Of a stretch of 40,462 bases of DNA, positions 1-9,083 are shown one piece after another. The position numbers were made by a program, and so were the translations under genes. Source of the DNA: a virus. Taxonomy: Duplodnaviria; Caudoviricetes. The notes under the pieces were generated by a model. That model had not been told where the DNA came from. It worked only from the letters and a program-made list of their open reading frames with translations, and ran no database searches. The stretch spans positions 1 to 40,462 of the IMG/VR virus record IMGVR_UViG_3300042389_001102. One strand, 5' to 3'. Every line of letters begins with the position of its first letter. Position 1 is the stretch's first letter.

Positions 1-17
1 TTAAAGATGCAGCTCAC

Positions 18-1664
18 TTGTTAGCCGCTGCTAATCAGCTTGTCAAAACAGGCAAAGGGTTTAATGCCCTTCATTTGGTCGCTCAATGCGATAGAGCTTT
101 TCACAACGACATTAAAGCCTATTACAAACACAATGCAATTGCATTTATTAATCATTGTGTAGTTGCGGTTGATGAGTCTCAGCGAGGTCAAAAGCTTAGA
201 CGATTTATTCTTTATCCTGAGCAAGAGCGATTAATCAAAGAAATTGAAGAATTCTTCAACACTCGAAACCCTGATGAGAAGCTGATTTATGTAATTAAAA
301 AATCTAGAAGAGTTGGAATGACAAATACGATTCTTTGGTTTATGCTTCATCGTCTAATTTTTTGGAATGATTCATCAGGCCTGTCTTGCTTGACATTAAC
401 AAAGGTTGACGAAATTGGAAATCCATCATCGCTTATGGAAAGATTAAGGTCGGCTATCAAATTTGTCCCTTATTACTTGCTGCCCGAAAGCTTTAACCCT
501 GACAGAGATTGTCCTCAAAAGCTTATTAGAATTGGTGACGGTGCGACTAGTGCGGCAATATCAGGCCATCCAATCAATGATCCAAACGCAGCCAACGAAT
601 TCCTTAAATCGGGCCGTTATTCGATTGCTTTAATTGATGAGGCAGCTGCACTTGATTCACTTAGCTTGGACCTTGCTCTCACTGCTTGCCGTGCTAGTAC
701 AGATTTAACAGTAGTTTTAAGCACCGCTGCAACAAGTGCCAGTCACTCATTTGAGCGGATGAGTGATGAGACTAGTGATTATTTTGCAGATAAAAATATT
801 ATTAGGATTCGCTGGTTTCCTCATTCCATCAATCCTGACAATACGGATACATGGGTTAACAGCTTTAGAACGGACGAAGAAACATTCGAGCGAGAGATCA
901 TGGGTAATCCGTTTGGTGTGTCCAATGTTGTTATCAAAAATCCTGATCACAATATAATCACTAATGTCAAAACCCTCAAACCATGGGCTCTAACAGACAG
1001 CTTTATTAGCAAACAATTAACAAATGCAAAAGTATATTTATTCGGCGATGGTGGTGGAAACTCCAATTTTCATACGCTTACAGTTGCACTCAAACCGAAA
1101 GAAAATGACCGCTTAATATTAGTAAACAGTTTTGCCTCTCAACCACCACGAGAGGAATTTATGCCAGTTGCTGAACGAGCTTTGAGCTGGGTAAGAGATA
1201 ATCTTTCTCAGTATGAGGTTCACAAAGATGTGCATTGCGACCCCGTTTTGGCTTCAGAGGCTTTAGAGTTTCAAGCCAAATACGGCCTAAGGCTAGTCTG
1301 CATGGAGCATTTACAGCATCCATCTAAACACTACTCCGAAAAGACTCAGCAATTCTTCAAGTCACTCTTTGCAACTTCAGGACGTTTAACTCATCGGCTT
1401 GCTAGGCTTAGATGGTTTATGCAGTTAAAGTTAGCTGATAATCATCCCGCTCTTATCATCCTACCTGATTGCAAAAACATTATTAAAGGTTTAATTGGTG
1501 GTGATTATCAATTCGAGGTTAAGCACAAGGTAATAACAAGCGACTTACTCCAAAATCATCCCATCTGTGATGAGTGTGACGGCGTGAGTTATGGAATAAT
1601 ATCGTTATATCCACTCTCACAAATCACAACCACCACTCAAACAGGAAAACATGGAATCTTTTAA
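18..1664 (+). CDS. terL: Terminase large subunit (may begin upstream of the window)
   Basis: Walker A-like KSRRVGMT, Walker B IALIDEAA, coupling motif LST, C-terminal acidic nuclease motifs (GDGG, HCDP, DECDG). The frame is open back to position 3. Confidence 0.9.
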   Translation: MLAAANQLVKTGKGFNALHLVAQCDRAFHNDIKAYYKHNAIAFINHCVVAVDESQRGQKLRRFILYPEQERLIKEIEEFFNTRNPDEKLIYVIKKSRRVGMTNTILWFMLHRLIFWNDSSGLSCLTLTKVDEIGNPSSLMERLRSAIKFVPYYLLPESFNPDRDCPQKLIRIGDGATSAAISGHPINDPNAANEFLKSGRYSIALIDEAAALDSLSLDLALTACRASTDLTVVLSTAATSASHSFERMSDETSDYFADKNIIRIRWFPHSINPDNTDTWVNSFRTDEETFEREIMGNPFGVSNVVIKNPDHNIITNVKTLKPWALTDSFISKQLTNAKVYLFGDGGGNSNFHTLTVALKPKENDRLILVNSFASQPPREEFMPVAERALSWVRDNLSQYEVHKDVHCDPVLASEALEFQAKYGLRLVCMEHLQHPSKHYSEKTQQFFKSLFATSGRLTHRLARLRWFMQLKLADNHPALIILPDCKNIIKGLIGGDYQFEVKHKVITSDLLQNHPICDECDGVSYGIISLYPLSQITTTTQTGKHGIF

Positions 1665-2100
1665 AAAGCCAGCAGAAGAGCTCGTTAAGCTGTATTTAAT
1701 CAGGACGCACAAAGGACAGATTGATTTGTGCGAAAGGTCAATGGGGGCTTTTTACCCTTCGCCCAAATGTAGCTTTGGCAACTTAAGTGATGCAGTAAAT
1801 CGTGCGAATGAAGGTTATATTGCTAAGCCTTTCTTTTGGTCTCCTGGGTATTCTAAAAGCGACGTCCAGTTTTATGCACCGTTAGACAATTACATGACAG
1901 AAAAAGGTTTACACATAGCTAAGTTTATTGAGGACGCAGACAAAGCAAATCTCGCAATCGCAGACAAGGTGACAGAATTGATAGATTATTGCAAGAGAAA
2001 TGGCTTTTTTGTTGATGATCAATACCGCCTAATCAACGGGCCGCAAGAAATGAATATTGCAATTAGTGGGACCGAAAGGGTAACAATCACATACAAATGA
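1651..2100 (+). CDS. Hypothetical protein
   Basis: 149-aa ORF overlapping the terL stop. Confidence 0.7.
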   Translation: MESFKKPAEELVKLYLIRTHKGQIDLCERSMGAFYPSPKCSFGNLSDAVNRANEGYIAKPFFWSPGYSKSDVQFYAPLDNYMTEKGLHIAKFIEDADKANLAIADKVTELIDYCKRNGFFVDDQYRLINGPQEMNIAISGTERVTITYK

Positions 2101-2383
2101 CCGATTGATCTTTTCGGTTATATTGAATTTATTAGTTGATCAGTATTAAGAATATGAAATTTGACGAATCAGGGAAATTGGAATTAACAGACGAAGAACA
2201 ACAAGTTTACGATGAATTCAAAGAAGACCCAAGACCAGCCAAGTGGAATGAAGATTTTGCTTCAGAATACTTAGCTGGTGTATGGGCTGGCTTACAAATC
2301 GCAGAAGCTTATCTCACAATTGCAACCGATGAGTTAGAAGACAAGGTGACAGAAGGGTAACAATCACATACAAATGACCGATT
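2076..2383 (+). repeat. 31-bp exact direct repeat flanking a small gene
   Basis: AAGGGTAACAATCACATACAAATGACCGATT at 2076-2106 and 2353-2383. Confidence 0.95.
2154..2360 (+). CDS. Small acidic hypothetical protein (ATG 2154 preferred over TTG 2136)
   Basis: ORF lying between the two 31-bp repeats. Confidence 0.6.
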   Translation: MKFDESGKLELTDEEQQVYDEFKEDPRPAKWNEDFASEYLAGVWAGLQIAEAYLTIATDELEDKVTEG

Positions 2384-2799
2384 TTAAGCCATACAAAGCA
2401 AATCCCACAATCGCAACAGGCGATGACATGAAAAAGGTGGAAGATTTAGACCTGCCTACCAGTTGGAAGCCCGTAAACAATCTGGCCTATATAAAGCCTA
2501 ATACTGATATTACGGTTATAGTTAGAGAAAGCGGTTGGAGCACAAATGCGCTCGGAATTTCGATGCCATACAGGCAAATAGAAGAACATATTACGCTTGA
2601 TGCGGCTTGCTCAGTGCGAGTAATCGACGAAGTAGATCCAGGCAAATTTCTGTGTCGTTATACAGGCGATGACATGATTGACAACTTTATGGTAGTCCCT
2701 TTTGAGGCGCTTACATTCGATGAATGGAGTCAAGAGATATGCACTATTCAGCAACGCAGTGACAAAGTAATTGATGACGTGATGCAACTATTGGAATAA
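2374..2799 (+). CDS. Hypothetical protein
   Basis: 141-aa ORF; TAATG coupling to the portal gene. Confidence 0.7.
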   Translation: MTDFKPYKANPTIATGDDMKKVEDLDLPTSWKPVNNLAYIKPNTDITVIVRESGWSTNALGISMPYRQIEEHITLDAACSVRVIDEVDPGKFLCRYTGDDMIDNFMVVPFEALTFDEWSQEICTIQQRSDKVIDDVMQLLE

Positions 2800-4988
2800 T
2801 GAGCAATTTACAACAACTTGGATTATCTGGAATGCCCCAAATGATGGAGGCTGATAGCAAACCCTCTTTAGATGATGTTATGAGGGCAGTAGAAAGAGCC
2901 GATCAAGTATTCGAAAAAAATATTACAGCGAGAGCAAACCTGAATAGCGATTGGGCAAAACACGTAAAAGCGGCAATTGATGGAGAAAATGAATCAGAAA
3001 TCACTTCACTAGCTCAAAGATATTTACACGTTGGAGACAATACATTTGCCACTAATTGGAGACAAGGAAATCAAAGACGAGTCAAATTCATGGATGATGA
3101 CTGGTTTAGATTGATTCCAAATGATACTTTCAACGCTGATCCTTTTCTGTGCAATATCAAAGCCTCTTACTTAGCAGCCAATCTTAAGAAACCTAAATCT
3201 TATTTCAAAATGACTTGGCAAAATGTAGATGCTCAGTTTGGTCTATTAAACAGTACAGCAATGCATTATCGCTATGCTTGCGATGTTAAGCCTGCCAGAA
3301 AAACCAGAAGAGTCACAGAAAACGGCCGCACCAAGATGACATTTGAGCAGGGGGAAAGCAAATTAGTTCATCAGGGCGGGGTTGCAACCTTTGTGAATAT
3401 GTTTAACTGCTATCCAGACGTTATCAATTGCGCAACACAAAACCCATTTGAGCGAGATGTTTATTACAAAGAAGCTGCAATGTTTGACGCAGTGATAAAT
3501 AATCCCTTATTTGATGCGTCTAAAGAGTATGTTTACGAAGATTGCGTGATTTACAGGGGGATTGAATCACTTAGTGAGTTAGAAGCTAGAAGCGTTAGCT
3601 ACGAAAAGAGTTCAGCCGAAAAAGAATTAGAATACAAAGCAAATACTAGGCCAACTGTTGGACAAATAGCCATTAGGAGCGCTTATCTGAATGAATTTAA
3701 GATAAAAGACCAAGTTTATGAAGACGTAAATGTATTCTGGGCAAAAAATGGGGGAAATTGCTATCCATTATTAGTTGAATTCAATCAACTTCCTTACAAA
3801 GCTATTCTTACAGCCACTAATTGGGCGAATCCGTGGGATTTATACGGCAAATCACAGGCTCAATTAACCTACAATCAGCATTCAACGCGGGGGTTTTTAC
3901 TTTCAGCTTTAGCTTATGAAGTAGTTTCAAGCATATTTGACCCTGTCTTAATTCCCTCTGAGTTTATTGACGCTGTAATCAAAGCTGGTGGTGACAAAAA
4001 CATTCTGCAAGCGGCTTTTAGAAGAGATCCAAAAGCCCTTAACAAAATGATTCCTTACCAATATGCAGGTGATGGAATTGGAGCAAATATTGATTATCGT
4101 GGCTTAATCGGTGGAGTTAATCAAGGTAAGTCAAACTACAACCTTCAATTGATTCAGCAAGGCCTAGCAATGACCACAGGCGAAATGCAGAATACACAGG
4201 TTGATTTAAAATCGGTTGATGTTAACGCTTCAACTGCTAAGGGAGTTGAATTTATTACAGCTCAACAAGGGGACGCGCTTAGATCCAGCTTGGATATCCT
4301 CTCAGAGTGCATTCTTAAGCCATTCCTTGAGATGTGCTTGCATGATATGAGTACAAAGCTTTTCCCAGAACAATTCGGCTTAGAATTGCCTGATGAAGTA
4401 AAGGCAAGAATGGAACAAAGCCCAGAGTATCAAAACTTGGCTAATGAATATGAAAGAGTATTTCAGTTAAATAATGTAATCACGCTCCCAAATGGTCAAT
4501 CGGTACCAATTCAATACAACAACCTAACCAATAAAGTAAGTCTGGAAATAACCAGAGAGTTTATTGAATCAATTGATGCTGATATTGAGATTCAGATTGA
4601 AAACAATGATTATGACAAGCAACAAATAAGGGCTGCTATCACTGATTTAACAAATCTAACGGCTTCACTACCAGCAGAAGCGCAAGAGTTTAAAACAATG
4701 ATGCTAGCGGCACTTACTGAGCAAACGCTTGAACTATACAAATTCCCTAAACGCAAAGAATTGATTCAAAAACTGCAAATGGGAATTATTAATCCAGAGC
4801 AACAAGCACAGCAACAGGCTCAAACTCAATTAACTCAAGCTGAAGCGGTTAAAACTCAAGCACAAGCCGAAAAATACAGTGCTGAGGCAAAGGAAGAAGC
4901 CACTAGAGCACAAGCGCAAGGAATGGCAAATGAAGACAAGATTAAGCAGGATGAAATGATTGATCAGCTAGTTGGTCGGGGTGTTTAA
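2799..4988 (+). CDS. Portal protein (podovirus/P22-like, long Q/A-rich C-terminal helix)
   Basis: 729 aa, located after terL, NCYPD and STAKGV motifs, C-terminal Gln/Ala-rich helix resembling a portal barrel. Confidence 0.8.
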   Translation: MSNLQQLGLSGMPQMMEADSKPSLDDVMRAVERADQVFEKNITARANLNSDWAKHVKAAIDGENESEITSLAQRYLHVGDNTFATNWRQGNQRRVKFMDDDWFRLIPNDTFNADPFLCNIKASYLAANLKKPKSYFKMTWQNVDAQFGLLNSTAMHYRYACDVKPARKTRRVTENGRTKMTFEQGESKLVHQGGVATFVNMFNCYPDVINCATQNPFERDVYYKEAAMFDAVINNPLFDASKEYVYEDCVIYRGIESLSELEARSVSYEKSSAEKELEYKANTRPTVGQIAIRSAYLNEFKIKDQVYEDVNVFWAKNGGNCYPLLVEFNQLPYKAILTATNWANPWDLYGKSQAQLTYNQHSTRGFLLSALAYEVVSSIFDPVLIPSEFIDAVIKAGGDKNILQAAFRRDPKALNKMIPYQYAGDGIGANIDYRGLIGGVNQGKSNYNLQLIQQGLAMTTGEMQNTQVDLKSVDVNASTAKGVEFITAQQGDALRSSLDILSECILKPFLEMCLHDMSTKLFPEQFGLELPDEVKARMEQSPEYQNLANEYERVFQLNNVITLPNGQSVPIQYNNLTNKVSLEITREFIESIDADIEIQIENNDYDKQQIRAAITDLTNLTASLPAEAQEFKTMMLAALTEQTLELYKFPKRKELIQKLQMGIINPEQQAQQQAQTQLTQAEAVKTQAQAEKYSAEAKEEATRAQAQGMANEDKIKQDEMIDQLVGRGV

Positions 4989-5259
4989 TCAGTAAACAGT
5001 CTGATTGAGTAATTAGCCAAACATCTACATCTAAAGAAAACTCATTTTTGATTTCTTCAAGCTTTTTGATTTTGCAGCCTGAATGAGCCGCAATAATTCG
5101 AGCACCATTAAAACCAGTTTTTACTACTTCATTTGGGTCTACAATGTAAATCGATTTCGACAATGGTCTTTTAAGGTAAATCCAGCCGTTGCTTTCTTGA
5201 GCTGCTGTTAATGTTTTTTTCCAAGCCTCATCATATTCTTTAAATTCTTGGTATTTCAT
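4942..5259 (-). CDS. Hypothetical protein (probable start MKYQEFK at 5259)
   Basis: Last gene of the leftward cassette; convergent overlap with the portal end. Confidence 0.55.
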   Translation of the reverse strand: MKYQEFKEYDEAWKKTLTAAQESNGWIYLKRPLSKSIYIVDPNEVVKTGFNGARIIAAHSGCKIKKLEEIKNEFSLDVDVWLITQSDCLLIKHPDQLADQSFHPA

Positions 5260-5470
5260 AAATAATTTTGACAACAATTTCCTTTTGTTTGAGTAAAGAT
5301 TCACAATCAAGTAAGTCTGTAAAGTCATATTCTTTGTAGCTCAAATATCTTCTTTCTTCTTCAGCTTTTTTCATTTCAGTAAGAATTAATTGCCTAGCTT
5401 CTAGAATTGAAAGGTTTTTTTTTGATTTGATGTGAGTGTCTAGAGCTGTTGAAGCGTCTTGATATTTCAT
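5240..5470 (-). CDS. Hypothetical protein
   Basis: 76-aa ORF in a tightly packed leftward operon. Confidence 0.6.
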   Translation of the reverse strand: MKYQDASTALDTHIKSKKNLSILEARQLILTEMKKAEEERRYLSYKEYDFTDLLDCESLLKQKEIVVKIIYEIPRI

Positions 5471-5473
5471 TAA

Positions 5474-5662
5474 CTAAAGCTCTCCTAATTCATACAAACG
5501 CAGGCGGGCTTTTGCTCCCATTACATGCGCTTTTAATATCTCAAGATTGCGGGTGGATTCTTCTGACAAGGGTTGAGGGCTTGATTCGGCTAGCCTTATT
5601 GATTCTTCCCCTACTGAAACACTCTCTGTTAGTAAGTCAATTACTGCTTGTCTATCCATCAT
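5474..5662 (-). CDS. Hypothetical protein
   Basis: 62-aa ORF, ATGA overlap with the upstream gene. Confidence 0.6.
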   Translation of the reverse strand: MMDRQAVIDLLTESVSVGEESIRLAESSPQPLSEESTRNLEILKAHVMGAKARLRLYELGEL

Positions 5663-5958
5663 TCAAACTCCATTTGATATATCTCTTTGTATCTCTCTAT
5701 TTTTCTGTTTAATTTCTCAATCTCATTCATTTTTTTTGCTACGTGAAGCTTTTCAACTTCAATTACTTGCTCTAAGGTTTTTAATTCCCAGTGTGATGGG
5801 TGCGGAAGTCTAACCGAACAAGTAGGCCATAAATGCATTTTCCTTATTTTGCTGGGTGCGGAAACTATCTCGTAATTCTCCCCATTGGCAGAAATATTGG
5901 CAGCCAAAAAACATTTAGCGGCCTCGGCCTTTTCTGCTAGTTCAATCCAAGTGTTCAT
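5659..5958 (-). CDS. Hypothetical protein, tandem paralog 1 (start MNTWIEL)
   Basis: Aligns end to end with 5961-6335. Confidence 0.8.
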   Translation of the reverse strand: MNTWIELAEKAEAAKCFLAANISANGENYEIVSAPSKIRKMHLWPTCSVRLPHPSHWELKTLEQVIEVEKLHVAKKMNEIEKLNRKIERYKEIYQMEFE

Positions 5959-5960
5959 TT

Positions 5961-6335
5961 TTAATCCTTTTTTCTGACGATAAATATAGGACAAGTGGCT
6001 TTGTCTAAATCTTTGGCAATCGCTTGAAAGCCAATTTCTCCAAACTCCATTTGATATATATCTTTGTATCTCTCTATTTTTCCGTTTAATTCCTCAATCT
6101 CATTCATTTTCTTTGCTATTTGAAGCTTTTCCAGTTCAATTACTTGCTCTAGGGTTTTGAGCTTCCATCCTGATGGGCGTGGAATACAAAATGAAGTAGG
6201 ATCCCATAAGTGCCTTTCCCTAATTTGGCTTGGAGTTGAAATTATCTCGTAATTCTCGCCATTGTAACCAAAAGTATCACTTGCAAAACATTTAGCGGCC
6301 TCGGCCTTTTCTGCTAGTTCAATCCAAGCGTTCAT
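5961..6335 (-). CDS. Hypothetical protein, tandem paralog 2
   Basis: AGGAG RBS; paralog of 5659-5958 with a C-terminal extension. Confidence 0.8.
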   Translation of the reverse strand: MNAWIELAEKAEAAKCFASDTFGYNGENYEIISTPSQIRERHLWDPTSFCIPRPSGWKLKTLEQVIELEKLQIAKKMNEIEELNGKIERYKDIYQMEFGEIGFQAIAKDLDKATCPIFIVRKKD

Positions 6336-6429
6336 TTTTTCTCCTTTTCATAATACTCAAGTAACAAATTAGTAAATCTAGGCTTATCAAACAAGCCCAT
6401 AACCTTAGCTTAATAAGTAAGCGTTTCAT
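6319..6429 (-). CDS. 36-aa hydrophobic peptide (not in ORF track)
   Basis: MKRLLIKLRLWACLISLDLLICYLSIMKRRKNERLD; ATGA-coupled to the upstream gene and fills the gap. Confidence 0.4.
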   Translation of the reverse strand: MKRLLIKLRLWACLISLDLLICYLSIMKRRKNERLD

Positions 6430-6716
6430 TCTGGCTCCTTTTCAATTGCGGCTTGACGTAAAGCAGCATATCTTTCTGCTACTTTGTCAGCGTGTTCCAT
6501 TTTTCTATCAATCTTTTCTTTTTGTCTTTTGATTGCATCTTCTAAGCTTTGTCTAAACACTTTAGCGATTTGGTAGTCACCCTCATCCGTCAAGGAATCA
6601 ATGTAGTCTTCCGCTTCTTCGTAAGTGTCAAACTCGTTTAATTCTCTTTGTTCTAACCATGTACTAGAACCGCTGTGTTGGTGTACTGCTTTTACAACTA
6701 CAAATATTGATTTCAT
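6426..6716 (-). CDS. Hypothetical protein
   Basis: 96-aa ORF, AAGGAG RBS. Confidence 0.7.
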   Translation of the reverse strand: MKSIFVVVKAVHQHSGSSTWLEQRELNEFDTYEEAEDYIDSLTDEGDYQIAKVFRQSLEDAIKRQKEKIDRKMEHADKVAERYAALRQAAIEKEPE

Positions 6717-6871
6717 CTCTTCTCCTTATCATCCTTCATGGCGGCTCTCATAAACGCAACACAAAAAGCCATATAAGACATTTCTTCATAAGTCATTTCA
6801 ACGCCGTTTTTCTCATTGTCTGCTTTTATAAAGTCATATTCTTCTTGAATTGCGGCTCTAGTGTCTATCAT
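6713..6871 (-). CDS. 52-aa hypothetical protein (not in ORF track)
   Basis: MIDTRAAIQEEYDF...KDDKEKR; ATGA overlaps at both ends. Confidence 0.6.
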   Translation of the reverse strand: MIDTRAAIQEEYDFIKADNEKNGVEMTYEEMSYMAFCVAFMRAAMKDDKEKR

Positions 6872-7098
6872 CTTTCACTTCCTGCCCATAAACGTCTTAA
6901 AACATCATTTACCCAGCGGTTAATACTAGGTGCTTTGGTTTTTCTTACTTGTTCTCTAACAAAAGACATTAAATCTTTATCAATGCTTATTGTTTGTTGA
7001 TACTTCCTAAAAGGCACAGTTTTTTTTAGTGAAGTCTTATCCAAGGCTTCTTTAAATTCGTCAGGAGTACCTTCAAAAGTAGCTAATTGTTTATCCAT
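6868..7098 (-). CDS. Ribbon-helix-helix DNA-binding protein (Arc/BrnA-like; start MDKQL)
   Basis: TISIDKDLMSFVREQ...SINRWVNDVLRR has the beta-alpha-alpha RHH pattern. Confidence 0.7.
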   Translation of the reverse strand: MDKQLATFEGTPDEFKEALDKTSLKKTVPFRKYQQTISIDKDLMSFVREQVRKTKAPSINRWVNDVLRRLWAGSER

Positions 7099-7109
7099 TA
7101 TTGTCTCGC

Positions 7110-7123
7110 TTAAGTGCACTTAA
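7110..7123. promoter_or_regulatory. 14-bp perfect palindrome, candidate operator
   Basis: TTAAGTGCACTTAA at the leftward start site and inside the spacer of a rightward TTGTCT-N18-TACACT (7101-7130). Confidence 0.55.
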
Positions 7124-7127
7124 TTAC

Positions 7128-7156
7128 ACTATAGCCGATTAATTCGATTCTATCAA
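7128..7156 (-). promoter_or_regulatory. Sigma70-type promoter for the leftward cassette
   Basis: Minus strand TTGATA-N17-TATAGT. Confidence 0.75.
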
Positions 7157-7443
7157 TGACTATCCTTTACAGTGATTACATGAGCAGCGAACACATAAAA
7201 ACAGTATTAGGACTCATCGACAGCAGAATCAGCCTTTGCAAAGCTGGAACAATAAACGAGCTTACCCGCTCTGAATCCCTTTTTGCAATGACACAACTGT
7301 TTGACTTGAGAATGACAATACTTGAAGAACTTGTGCTCACTGAAGAATATCAGCTTAGAAAAAATGCTGAAAAACACATTGTCGAACAAAGGAAAAATTT
7401 AGTAGCCGAATGGACAGTGAATACTACGCCCCCCTTGACTTAA
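7156..7443 (+). CDS. Hypothetical protein (small head-module gene before the scaffold)
   Basis: 95-aa ORF overlapping the next gene. Confidence 0.6.
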   Translation: MTILYSDYMSSEHIKTVLGLIDSRISLCKAGTINELTRSESLFAMTQLFDLRMTILEELVLTEEYQLRKNAEKHIVEQRKNLVAEWTVNTTPPLT

Positions 7444-8060
7444 ATGAAGAGACTCAAGCTCCTCAAGAAACAGTCGCCGATATAGAAGCCCGCCTTAATA
7501 AAACTTTTGAAGAAAAAATTAGCGCTTATGAGCAAAAAACAGCTCCAGCCGTTGATTTTTACCAAAAGATTCAACAAGGATTTCAACCCAGTCAGGAAAA
7601 TCAGCTTGATCCAGTTCAACAACTGAGTCAACAAGTGAAAGATTTGCGTACTCAATTGATGGATAAAGAAGCCGCCCAGCATGGTTTTTCAAACTATGCA
7701 CAAGCCATTTCACTCTATGAAGCGATGAGTGTTGACAGAGATCCAAATGTTAGAAATAAGGCCGAAGCAGCTGATGCAGCTTGGAGAAATGGAAACATTG
7801 AAGAAGCAGCAAAAATAATCAGTTCTCATTTCGGGAGTAAGCAGGCAGATGCTCCACCACTTGGAGCCAATTTAAGTCAGGGATATTCACCAGGGGCAAA
7901 TTCAGGTCAAACTCAATCATTTCCTAAAATGGACGGCTCGCAAATCACTGGTTATCAAATGAGTACCAATCCAGAGCACAAAAATTATTTAAACAATTAT
8001 GTGAACTATTGGAGCCAGAAAGACCCGCAACACATAAGGGATTTGATGAGTAGTTTCTAA
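7410..8060 (+). CDS. Putative capsid scaffolding protein
   Basis: Acidic, Q/E-rich helical protein directly upstream of the capsid gene. Confidence 0.65.
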   Translation: MDSEYYAPLDLNEETQAPQETVADIEARLNKTFEEKISAYEQKTAPAVDFYQKIQQGFQPSQENQLDPVQQLSQQVKDLRTQLMDKEAAQHGFSNYAQAISLYEAMSVDRDPNVRNKAEAADAAWRNGNIEEAAKIISSHFGSKQADAPPLGANLSQGYSPGANSGQTQSFPKMDGSQITGYQMSTNPEHKNYLNNYVNYWSQKDPQHIRDLMSSF

Positions 8061-8087
8061 ACATCCTTACTACTTTTTAATCAAAAA

Positions 8088-9065
8088 ATGTCATACACCC
8101 TTAATAACACAACAAATCAAGCTAACGTAGCTTTCCAGCTTTTGAGCGGAACTACATTGAGTTTTCTTGGTGATGAGACTCTCTTGTTCGGGAAAGAATT
8201 CACCGCACCAAATTCAAGCACAAAATCAAGCCCTGATAGACCTATTGTCCTCCGCAAGATTGAAGCAAGCGCAGGATCAATTATGAAAGGTCAACGTTAC
8301 ACAATACGTAAAGAACGCCCAGTAACTGCAACAGATAGATCAGAAAACAGCCCTGTTAATCTTCAAACTCGTACCTATGAACTTATCGACTTATTTGTAA
8401 ACAGATACAAAGAAGTCGGTGTTGGTACTACTAGAAGAGCAAAAGCTCAAACATCTACCTATGATGCTCAATCCAATGCAGCTGCAAATGCCAGCGCTTT
8501 GGCTCGTGCAATGGAACAAGATATTTATGCAATATTCCCCACCTTTAGCCGTTCTTTAGGTGATGGAACCACTTCAAGAACTAGTGCCGATATTGTTAAC
8601 GCCTTAAACGTTTTTCAAAATAACGGAATGGATGTCAGAAATTATCAAATCTATGACTTATGTACTCCTGAAGTTTACTCATCTTACAAACTAGAAGACC
8701 AAATCAGAAGATGGGATCATATTGGACAAACAGGCGCAAATAACTACATTAAAGGCTATATCCAAGAAACAGTAAACGGCGCTAAACCAATTCCTACTTC
8801 TTATGGTGGTAGTCCTGATGGTTTGCCAATTAATAGAGCTGGTTCAGCACCTTATCAGGCTGTAATGGTAGGCAATGGAGCTGATCCAATCTTCTTAGGG
8901 GTTGGCCTCAAATACAACGCCACTAACGAAACTATTCCGTTAATGGATGGCGCTGAAGCCGATTACGCAACCATTCTTTACGGTGTCACTAGAGGCCGTG
9001 ACGAAGCTGGTGTATACATGAACTACCTAAATCTCAACGGCAGGCCAGCATCCGTGCTGAATTAA
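8088..9065 (+). CDS. Major capsid protein (HK97 fold, P22-coat-like)
   Basis: 325 aa after the scaffold; G-x-x-x-TI motif, ALARAMEQDI spine helix, ILYGV near the C-terminus. Confidence 0.8.
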   Translation: MSYTLNNTTNQANVAFQLLSGTTLSFLGDETLLFGKEFTAPNSSTKSSPDRPIVLRKIEASAGSIMKGQRYTIRKERPVTATDRSENSPVNLQTRTYELIDLFVNRYKEVGVGTTRRAKAQTSTYDAQSNAAANASALARAMEQDIYAIFPTFSRSLGDGTTSRTSADIVNALNVFQNNGMDVRNYQIYDLCTPEVYSSYKLEDQIRRWDHIGQTGANNYIKGYIQETVNGAKPIPTSYGGSPDGLPINRAGSAPYQAVMVGNGADPIFLGVGLKYNATNETIPLMDGAEADYATILYGVTRGRDEAGVYMNYLNLNGRPASVLN

Positions 9066-9083
9066 CCCTTACAAATAAAACAC

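Noticed and set aside
6868-7098. BrnT/BrnA toxin-antitoxin pair
   Set aside because: The RHH resembles BrnA, but no BrnT-like toxin is adjacent; it is treated as a stand-alone regulator.
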